In this document: positions 57,334 to 64,000 of the stretch, in pieces | Position numbering within the stretch: position 1 is the first letter of the stretch | How the letters are laid out: each line of letters starts with the position of its first letter | From: Planctomycetota bacterium | GTDB lineage: Bacteria > Planctomycetota > Phycisphaerae > Phycisphaerales > SM1A02 | Length of the DNA stretch: 64,000 nt | Reading direction: 5' to 3' | Assembly: GCA_016873255.1 (NCBI GenBank) | Contig: VGXR01000009.1 | Coordinates: 610-64,609 of the forward strand | Made by a program: the position numbers and the translations under genes | Notes under the pieces: generated by a model | What the model was told of the DNA's origin: nothing | The model's input: only the letters and a program-made list of their open reading frames with translations | Database searches by the model: none

Positions 57334-58505
57334 CTTCCGCCGCCCGCGGCGCCGCCGAAGCCCGCACCGCCTGCGGCGCCGCCGAAGCCCACGCCGCCCG
57401 CGGCGCCGCCCGGGAACATCCCGAACGCGGGGTACACGTTCGGGCCGAGTTCCCAGAAGGCCGGCCACGCGCGGTAGGTGTATGCCTCCGGGGCGTAGCC
57501 GTAGGTCTTGGGGTCGTCCGCCATCGGCACGCTGAGGTTCGGGTCGCGGCCAGGGAAGCCCGAGGTGTCGTAGTAGGGGTCGGCGTAGCCGTTCCACCAG
57601 GAGTTGCTGTAGACGCTCCGCGCCGGCGACGCACCGAGGTCAACGGGCGCCGGTACCACGCCGTTCTGGTCGGGCACCGCGGGCGGTGCGCCTGCGGGCA
57701 GCTGCGTCGCCACGATCGCGGGAGGTGCCGACGCGGCTTGCGCGCGTCGCTCCCGCTGCGCGCGGTCCCACTCGAGCTGCACGCCGCGCTTGCGGACGGC
57801 CTCGGGATCGGGATCGGTGCCCGGCGCGGGCGGGGTCGGCTTCCATCCCATGGAGCGCATGAAGCCAGGGGCCCACCCCATGTAGTCGTCGAGGAGGTCC
57901 TCCTTCAGGAGGAACGCCGTGAGCGCGTCCACCGTGCGCCGGTTGCGGTTGAGGAGGTTCCACGAGCTGCGGGCGACGCCCGCCTCCACCGCCACGGCCT
58001 GCTCGAGGTGGTCGACGTCGTTGGTGCCGGGCGCGGGCGCGGTGCCCGCCCCGTGCGACTTGGCGCGCGCCACGGCATCGTCGAAGGTGAGCTGGTCGAG
58101 CGTGGGAACGTAGCCGCGCGAGAACTGCGACCATCGCGACTCGAGGTCGCGGCGATCGATGAAGGCATGCATCGCGCCGATGCGCCGCGACGACTCCTCG
58201 ACCCCAAGCCGCGAGGCGTGGTCGACCATCTCGAGTGCCTCGCGCTCGGCCTCGAGCGCGACGAGGGCGGGGTCGTGCGGCCAGACGACGGTGCCCGTGG
58301 GAACGGCCGGCGCAAGCCTCGGCGTGCCTGCGGGCACCGCCTGTTCCGGCGGCCGCGGCGACGGCGAGGGTGCCTGCGGAGCGGGCTCCGCCGAGCCCGG
58401 CGCCGCGGGTGCGCCGAACGAGGTGGTCGACTGCGGGCAGGCTCCGGCGGGGAGCACGGTCAGTGCGCCGGCGGCGATGGTGATGGCGGCGTGGCGTGTT
58501 CGCAT
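57330..58505 (-). CDS. secreted hypothetical protein with Gly/Ala-rich C-terminal tandem repeat
   Basis: C-terminal 391 aa of ORF 57330..59621, from ATG 58505 (MRTRHAAITIAAGALTVLPAGA signal). Ends GGAAGGVGFGGAAGGAGFGGAAGGGR, encoded by a 24-nt repeat at about 57340-57415. Confidence 0.55.
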   Translation of the reverse strand: MRTRHAAITIAAGALTVLPAGACPQSTTSFGAPAAPGSAEPAPQAPSPSPRPPEQAVPAGTPRLAPAVPTGTVVWPHDPALVALEAEREALEMVDHASRLGVEESSRRIGAMHAFIDRRDLESRWSQFSRGYVPTLDQLTFDDAVARAKSHGAGTAPAPGTNDVDHLEQAVAVEAGVARSSWNLLNRNRRTVDALTAFLLKEDLLDDYMGWAPGFMRSMGWKPTPPAPGTDPDPEAVRKRGVQLEWDRAQRERRAQAASAPPAIVATQLPAGAPPAVPDQNGVVPAPVDLGASPARSVYSNSWWNGYADPYYDTSGFPGRDPNLSVPMADDPKTYGYAPEAYTYRAWPAFWELGPNVYPAFGMFPGGAAGGVGFGGAAGGAGFGGAAGGGR

Positions 58506-58547
58506 GCGGAGCCGGAAGGGTAGCGGGCGGGGGTATCCTCGGCTGCC

Positions 58548-59516
58548 ATGCTCGACCGGCGCTCCGAGCCCACGACGATCGTCCCTGTCTCGCGCCGCGC
58601 CGCGCTCGGCACCATCGGCCTCGCGGCCGCCGCGGTGGCCGCCGGGTGCGCCCGCACGGGGAGCGGCGCGCGCGCGGCGGGCGCGGCAGCGGACGGGGCG
58701 CGCGGGCTCCGGCGGACCATGACGCTCGCGGAGTGGTCCGTGAATCGCATGATCAAGGCCGGCACGCTGACCACGCTCGACTTCCCCGCACTTGCCCGCC
58801 GCGAGTGCGGGATCGGGTCCGTGGAGTACGTGAGCACGCTGTTCGCGGGACGTGGCCTCGAGGCTTCCTACCTCGGCGAGCTGCGGACCCGCTGCGAGGG
58901 CGAGGGCGTGCGCAGCGTGCTGATCATGATCGACGGCGAAGGCGACCTCGGCGCGCCGGAGGCGGGCGCCCGGCGCGAGGCGGTCGAGCGGCACCTCCGC
59001 TGGGCCGAGTCCGCCCGCGTGCTCGGCTGCTCCTCGATCCGCGTGAACGCGCGCAGCGAGGGGACGCGCGACGAGCAGCTCGCGCGCTGCGCCGACGGGA
59101 TCGGCACGCTTGCCGACCGCGCGGCGGGCCTCGGCATGGACGTCATCGTGGAGAACCACGGCGGCATCAGCTCCGACGGGTCGTGGATGGCGGCGCTGAT
59201 GCGTGCGACGGCGCGCCCGAACTGCGGCACGCTCCCCGACTTCGGGAACTTCCGCATGGAGGGCGGTGGGCAGTACGACCGGTACCGCGGCATCGCCGAG
59301 ATGCTGCCGTGGGCGCGCGACGTGAGCGCCAAGAGCTACGCGTTCGATGCGGACGGGAACGAGACGACCATCGACTACGCGCGGATGTTCCGCATCATGG
59401 ACGACGCGGGGTACTCCGGCTGGGTCGGGATCGAGTTCGAGGGCAAGGGGATGCCCGAACGCGAGGGCATCCTCGCCACCAAGCGCCTGCTCGAGCGGAT
59501 GGGCGTGCGCGCCTGA
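58548..59516 (+). CDS. sugar phosphate isomerase/epimerase (xylose isomerase-like TIM barrel) with TAT signal
   Basis: 322-aa ORF. SRRAALGTIGLAAAAVAAG twin-arginine signal. IRVNA, VIVENHGG and GWVGIEFEG blocks. Confidence 0.8.
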   Translation: MLDRRSEPTTIVPVSRRAALGTIGLAAAAVAAGCARTGSGARAAGAAADGARGLRRTMTLAEWSVNRMIKAGTLTTLDFPALARRECGIGSVEYVSTLFAGRGLEASYLGELRTRCEGEGVRSVLIMIDGEGDLGAPEAGARREAVERHLRWAESARVLGCSSIRVNARSEGTRDEQLARCADGIGTLADRAAGLGMDVIVENHGGISSDGSWMAALMRATARPNCGTLPDFGNFRMEGGGQYDRYRGIAEMLPWARDVSAKSYAFDADGNETTIDYARMFRIMDDAGYSGWVGIEFEGKGMPEREGILATKRLLERMGVRA

Positions 59517-59580
59517 GCGGATGGGCGTGCGCGCGTGAGCGGATGGGCGTGCGCGCCTGAGCGGATGGGCGTGCGCGCCT
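59493..59580. repeat. 22-bp tandem repeat x4 that duplicates the 3' end (including TGA) of the 58548..59516 gene
   Basis: GAGCGGATGGGCGTGCGCGCCT at 59493, 59537 and 59559, with variant ...GCGCGT at 59515. The first unit encodes the terminal ERMGVRA, and its last base is the T of the TGA. Confidence 0.95.
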
Positions 59581-59605
59581 GGGCGCCCGTACACTTTCCG
59601 CCCCA

Positions 59606-60655
59606 ATGAACCCAGATCCAACCACCCCGTCGGGCATGCGTCGCGAGAAGGTCGTCCTGGTGACGGGGGCCGGCGGCGAGATGGGCCACGGGCTGATCGG
59701 CCACCTGGCCTCGCAGGGCACGCAGGTGGTGGCGATCGACGTGCGCGAGGTGGATGCGGGGCTGCGGAGAAGCTGCCGGGACGCGTTCGTCGGCGACATC
59801 TGCGACGCGGGCCTGCTCGAGCGCATCAACGCGCAGTACGAGATCGATGCCGTGTACCACCTCGCCGCGCTGCTCTCCACGCGCGGCGAGTTCGCGCCCG
59901 AGACGGCGCACCACGTGAACGTGGGCGGCACCCTCAACCTGCTGCGGCTTGCGGCGGAGCAGGCCGGCAGCCACGGGCGCACGGTGCTCTTCATGTTCCC
60001 GAGCTCGATCGCGGCCTACGGCATGCCCACGCTCGACGCCAAGCGCGGCAACCGCACGGTCACCGAGGACCAGTTCACGCACGCGCACACGATGTACGGC
60101 GTGAACAAGGTGGCGGGCGAGGAGCTCGGCCGCTACTACCAGGACCACTACCGCAAGCTCGCCAAGGACCGCATGTCGCGGCCGGTCGACTTCCGCTCGA
60201 TCCGGTTCCCGGGCATCATCTCCAGCGACACGGTGCCGGCCGGGGGCACCAGCGACTACGGCCCGGAGATGATTCACGTGGTGGCGCAGGGCAGGCCGTA
60301 CGAGTGCTTCGTGCGGCCGGACACGCGCATCCCGTTCATGACCATGCCCGAGGCCATCCAGGCGCTGGTGGGGCTTGCCGCGGCGCCGAAGGACCGCCTC
60401 TCGCGCACCGTCTACAACGTGTCCTCGTTCAGCCCGACGGCGGCCGACTTCGAGCGCATGGTGCGCAGGGAGTTCCCCGACGCGCAGGTGACGTTCGTGC
60501 CGGACCTGGGCCGGCAGGCGATCGTCGACAGCTGGCCCGAGGAGTGCGACGACTCCGCCGCGCGCCACGACTGGGGCTGGTCGCCCACCTACACGTTCGA
60601 GACGGCGTTCGGCAGGTACCTGATGCCCAAGGTGCGCGCCCGGTACGGGCGCTGA
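59606..60655 (+). CDS. tdh: L-threonine 3-dehydrogenase, NAD-dependent epimerase/dehydratase (short-chain) type
   Basis: 349-aa ORF. VLVTGAGGEMG, YGVNKVAGE and TSDYGPEM blocks. Located directly upstream of kbl. Confidence 0.75.
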   Translation: MNPDPTTPSGMRREKVVLVTGAGGEMGHGLIGHLASQGTQVVAIDVREVDAGLRRSCRDAFVGDICDAGLLERINAQYEIDAVYHLAALLSTRGEFAPETAHHVNVGGTLNLLRLAAEQAGSHGRTVLFMFPSSIAAYGMPTLDAKRGNRTVTEDQFTHAHTMYGVNKVAGEELGRYYQDHYRKLAKDRMSRPVDFRSIRFPGIISSDTVPAGGTSDYGPEMIHVVAQGRPYECFVRPDTRIPFMTMPEAIQALVGLAAAPKDRLSRTVYNVSSFSPTAADFERMVRREFPDAQVTFVPDLGRQAIVDSWPEECDDSAARHDWGWSPTYTFETAFGRYLMPKVRARYGR

Positions 60656-60740
60656 GCGGGGCTGCACCTGCGGCAGCGGAGCGCGTGCCGGGAGCCTCGG
60701 CGCCGGCAAGGCCGGGCGCGGGCGGAGGTAAACTGCGCTG

Positions 60741-61964
60741 ATGACAACCGCCGTCGCCAGCCCGTTCGAGCGCCGCACGCAGCAGATCCTGGAGTCGCTG
60801 AGGCAGTCCGGCCAGCTGAAGCACCTGCAGACCATCGAGGGCACCATGGGCGCCACGGTGACGCTCCGCGGCTACGGCACCGTGGCCTGCTTCTGCTCGA
60901 ACAACTACCTCGGGCTTGCCGACCATCCCGAGGTGGTTGAGGCCGGCATCGAGGGCCTGCGGCGCTACGGCGCGGGCACCGCGAGCGTGCGGTTCATCTG
61001 CGGGACGTTCGAGTGCCACGAGCGCCTCGAGGAGACCATCGCGCGCTTCTACGGATGCGAGGCGGCGTACACGTTCACGAGCTGCTGGAACGCGAACGAG
61101 GCCATCTTCCCGACGCTCTGCGAGCCGGGCGACCTCGTGATCAGCGACGAGCTGAACCATGCCTCCATCATCGACGGCATCCGCCTGGCGGCCGTGATCA
61201 AGAAGGGCCTCCACAAGGGCGTGTTCCGGCACTCGGACCTCGCGGACCTCAGGCGCAAGCTGGAGGCGGCGCGCGCCAACCCCGAGGTGACCGGCGCGAT
61301 CTGGGTGGTGACCGACGGCGTCTTCAGCATGGAGGGCGACATCGGCGACCTGCCGGGGCTGCGCGCGGTGTGCGACGAGTTCGGCGCGCTGCTCGTGGTG
61401 GATGACAGCCACGGCACGGGCGTGATGGGCCGCACGGGCCGCGGCACGCACGAGCACTGGGGCATGGACCCGGCCAGGGTCGATTACTTCACCGGGACCC
61501 TCGGCAAGTCGCTCGGCGGCGCCGCGGGCGGGTACGTGGTCGGGTCGCGGCGCGCGATCGACCTCCTCGTGCAGCGCGGCCGGCCGACCCTCTTCTCGAA
61601 CGCGCTGCCGGCGACCGTCGCGTGCAGCGCGCAGAGGGCGATCGAGGTGCTGATGCGCGAGCCCGAGCGCGTGCAGCGCCTGCGCGACAACGTTGCCTAC
61701 GCGCGGCGCACCATCCGCGAGGCCGGGTTCGAGGTGCTCGAGAGCCCCACGGCGATCTGCCCGATCATCGTGCACGACACGGCGAAGGCCATCGCGATGA
61801 GCAGGCGGCTCCTCGAGCTCGGCGTGTTCGTGATCGGCTTCGGCTATCCGGTGGTGCCCGAGGGCCACGCGCGCCTGCGCTGCCAGGTGAGCGCGGCGCA
61901 CGGCAAGGAGCACCTCGACGCCTTCGGGACGGCGCTCCGCCAGCTGCGCCGCGAATTCGCGTGA
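60741..61964 (+). CDS. kbl: glycine C-acetyltransferase (2-amino-3-ketobutyrate CoA ligase)
   Basis: 407-aa ORF. CSNNYLGLADHP, SVRFICGT, DDSHGTG and TGTLGKSLGG (PLP lysine). Confidence 0.85.
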   Translation: MTTAVASPFERRTQQILESLRQSGQLKHLQTIEGTMGATVTLRGYGTVACFCSNNYLGLADHPEVVEAGIEGLRRYGAGTASVRFICGTFECHERLEETIARFYGCEAAYTFTSCWNANEAIFPTLCEPGDLVISDELNHASIIDGIRLAAVIKKGLHKGVFRHSDLADLRRKLEAARANPEVTGAIWVVTDGVFSMEGDIGDLPGLRAVCDEFGALLVVDDSHGTGVMGRTGRGTHEHWGMDPARVDYFTGTLGKSLGGAAGGYVVGSRRAIDLLVQRGRPTLFSNALPATVACSAQRAIEVLMREPERVQRLRDNVAYARRTIREAGFEVLESPTAICPIIVHDTAKAIAMSRRLLELGVFVIGFGYPVVPEGHARLRCQVSAAHGKEHLDAFGTALRQLRREFA

Positions 61965-63364
61965 TCTACCGGCGGATCTACGACCACGCGCTCGCGCAGG
62001 CGAGCTACCTCGTCGGCTGCGACGAGACGCGCGAGGCGGTGCTCGTCGATCCCGAGCGCGACATCGACCGCTACGAGCGCGAGGCCGAGGATGCGGGCGT
62101 GCGGATCGTGGCCGTGGCCGAGACGCACCTGCACGCGGACTTCGTGAGCGGGGTGCGGGCGTTCGTGGCATCGCGTCCGGTGACGGCGTACATGAGCGGA
62201 GTCGGCACCCGTGCGCCGTGGACCGCGGAGGGGCCGTTCCACGCAGGTGCTTCGCTGCGGTTCCTCGGCGACGGCGAAGAGTTCCGCGTGGGATCGCTGC
62301 TGTTCCGCGCGCGGCACACGCCCGGGCACACGCGCGAGGCGCTGAGCTTCGAGTTCGTGGGCGAGCAGGGCTTCCCGATCGCGCTGTTCTCGGGGGACTT
62401 CCTCTTCGCGGGCGATGTCGGGAGGCCGGACCTCGGGTTCCTCGCAAGCGGCGGCATGACCGTGGAGGAGAGCGCCGACGCGCTGCGGCGCAGCCTGGCG
62501 CTGCTCGACGACATGCCGGACGCGACGGTCGTCCTGCCGGGGCACGGCGCGGGCAGCGCGTGCGGCAAGATGATCTGCCGGCTCCCGGAGACGACGGTCG
62601 GCATCGAGCGCGTGATCAACCGGCCGCTTCGATCCAAGGACGACGGCGCGCGCTTCGTGGAGGGGCTCCTCCGAGACCAGCCCGACCCGCCGCCGTACTT
62701 CGGGCGCGTGAAGAAGGCGAACGAGGCGGGACCGGCGGTGCACGGCTGCGTGCCGTCGCCGCCGAGGCTCGGGCCCGAGGCCTTCGTGGCCGCGTCCCGC
62801 GAGCTGGCGCGCGTGGTGGTCGACACGCGCGAGTGGGGTGCCTGGGTGGACGGGCACCTGCCGGGGTCGATCTTCGCCATGCTCGACCCGTACTTCGGCC
62901 CGACCACCGCCAACTACCTCGAGCCCGGCGACGAGGTGCTGCTGGTGGTGGACGAGGACCGCGTCGAGGAGGCGGTGCGCGTGCTGTACCGCGTCGGGAT
63001 CGACGGCTTCGCCGGCTGGATCGCGCCGCGCGACTTCGTCCGCATCGACGAGGACGCGTTCGAGGCATCCGGGTGCGAGGAGATCTCGCCGCGCGAGGCC
63101 AACCGGCGCATCCTCTCCGGTGCGCTGGCGCTCGACGTGCGCAGCAGGCAGGAGTTCGCCAAGGGCCACATCGCGGGTGCGTTGCAGGTGCCGTTCATCC
63201 AGCTCTCGGCGCGCATCGGCGAGCTCGACCGCGCGCGGCCCGTGGTTGCCTACTGCCGAAGCGGCAACCGCAGCGCGCGCGCGTGCGCGTTCCTGCGGCG
63301 CCATGGCTTCGAGGTCGCCAACCTGCGCGGCGGCTACTGGCCCTACGCGGGCCGCGGATTCTGA
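61961..63364 (+). CDS. MBL-fold metallo-hydrolase fused to rhodanese-like domains (persulfide dioxygenase-like)
   Basis: In frame with ORF 61622..63364. GTG 61961 overlaps the kbl TGA (GTGA). ETHLHADFVSG, HTPGHT and LPGHGAGS. C-terminal rhodanese with YCRSGNRS. Confidence 0.8.
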   Translation: MIYRRIYDHALAQASYLVGCDETREAVLVDPERDIDRYEREAEDAGVRIVAVAETHLHADFVSGVRAFVASRPVTAYMSGVGTRAPWTAEGPFHAGASLRFLGDGEEFRVGSLLFRARHTPGHTREALSFEFVGEQGFPIALFSGDFLFAGDVGRPDLGFLASGGMTVEESADALRRSLALLDDMPDATVVLPGHGAGSACGKMICRLPETTVGIERVINRPLRSKDDGARFVEGLLRDQPDPPPYFGRVKKANEAGPAVHGCVPSPPRLGPEAFVAASRELARVVVDTREWGAWVDGHLPGSIFAMLDPYFGPTTANYLEPGDEVLLVVDEDRVEEAVRVLYRVGIDGFAGWIAPRDFVRIDEDAFEASGCEEISPREANRRILSGALALDVRSRQEFAKGHIAGALQVPFIQLSARIGELDRARPVVAYCRSGNRSARACAFLRRHGFEVANLRGGYWPYAGRGF

Positions 63365-63367
63365 CCG

Positions 63368-63416
63368 AAATCCGCTCCTGGTTCGTTTGGCACCAATTGA
63401 TTTCTCCAGAGAAATC
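63368..63416 (+). repeat. GGCACCAATTG-repeat family, copy 7R (left arm of a 465-bp composite element)
   Basis: AAATCCGCTCCTGGTTCGTTTGGCACCAATTGATTTCTCCAGAGAAATC, starting 4 nt after the TGA at 63364. The inner end forms a GATTTCTC/GAGAAATC-type hairpin. Confidence 0.9.
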
Positions 63417-63783
63417 AGGTTGTCGCTTCGGTCGCGCGGGTGGACGGGCGTGGACGCCTCGGCGACCGGTGGTGGGGACGGTTGCGCTCGCGGTGCGCGG
63501 TGCGCCTGGACGCCTCGGCGACCGGCGGTGGCCTCAGTCGCTCGGACAAGTTGCACGCGGCGGGTGCATCTGCGGCGGGGCGCGCGCGGCCGGGGCGTGC
63601 AACAACTCGCTTGATGAGGCCACCACCGTTCGCTGTCGGCTCGGGGCGACGAACGTCGGGAGGGGGTCGGGCGCTGGCTGTCGTTCATTTGCGTGCGACC
63701 GAATCCGGGGAACGCAACCCGTCATTCGGCGCGGCCGCCGCCGGAACCACCGCAACCCGTCAACCAACCACCACCCGCTCCCA

Positions 63784-63832
63784 GATTTCTATTGAGAAAT
63801 CAATTGGTGCCAAACGAACCGGGAGCGGATCT
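63784..63832 (-). repeat. GGCACCAATTG-repeat family, copy 7F (right arm)
   Basis: Reverse complement: AGATCCGCTCCCGGTTCGTTTGGCACCAATTGATTTCTCAATAGAAATC. Its outer end is fused to the TAG (63831-63833) of the last gene. Confidence 0.9.
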
Positions 63833-64000
63833 AGCGCACGCTGAGGGTCGGTTGCACGAAGCCGCCGAGCGACTGGATGCTGACCTGCGATGCAAGCCGC
63901 TGGCAGAGCCCGTCGATGTCGCGGCCGAGGGCCGGGGTGTCCCAGTTGCGAAGCGGGGTTCCCGCGTCGCAGTTGGCGCGCAGCTGCATGTGGATGGGCA
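63831..64000 (-). CDS. C-terminal end of an unidentified gene running off the window end
   Basis: Open frame on the minus strand ending ...LGGFVQPTLSVR* at TAG 63831-63833. Coding is inferred from the open frame and from the repeat position. No function assigned. Confidence 0.4.
   Translation of the reverse strand, partial: PIHMQLRANCDAGTPLRNWDTPALGRDIDGLCQRLASQVSIQSLGGFVQPTLSVR

Noticed and set aside
36763-59580. CRISPR array candidates among the tandem repeats.
   Set aside because: All arrays are head-to-tail repeats of 8-22 bp with no unique spacers, and no cas genes are present. They are not CRISPR.
63440-63844. 134-aa ORF (and the antisense 77-aa ORF) inside the composite repeat element.
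   Set aside because: The sequence is Arg/Gly/Ala-rich and low complexity. It runs into the repeat arm, has no start context and no recognisable motif. It is treated as non-coding.

Overview
High-GC (about 70% by eye) chromosomal segment. Gene content suggests Planctomycetota, possibly Phycisphaerae-like: a DUF1559 prepilin-like protein, TAT-signal Gfo/Idh/MocA and xylose-isomerase-like TIM-barrel proteins, and dockerin-like C-terminal repeats. I support about 58 CDS, 3 tRNAs (Phe-GAA, His-GTG, Thr-CGT) and one pseudogene. Most genes are housekeeping: ggt, ligA, uppP, ilvC, rnc, aroK, rpmH (absent from the ORF track), uxs, anmK, recA, tsaD, ctp, hflX, pckA, ilvA, nadE, mutL and tdh-kbl. There is also a contiguous phoB-phoR-pstSCAB-phoU block. 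No transposase, integrase, CRISPR array or recognisable defence operon was found. Many long ORFs in the track are antisense or off-frame artefacts of the GC content. The most interesting signal is non-coding. An apparently undescribed interspersed repeat of about 30-48 nt (core TCCGCTCCTGGTTCGTTTGGCACCAATTGA) occurs 11 times at 7 loci, plus one 12-nt relic. Copies facing a gene always sit on or next to its stop codon. They are often inverted pairs, and in three genes (ligA, aroK, a hotdog-fold gene) the repeat supplies the last codons and the stop. One locus (63368-63832) looks like a complete MITE-like element with about 48-nt terminal inverted repeats. Other observations: tandem duplications of gene 3' ends that include the stop codon, an in-frame TGA in a methyltransferase, widespread -10 boxes 6-10 nt from start codons (suggesting leaderless mRNAs), a RecA with a roughly 95-aa low-complexity N-terminal extension, and a cysteine-less FmdB-like protein.
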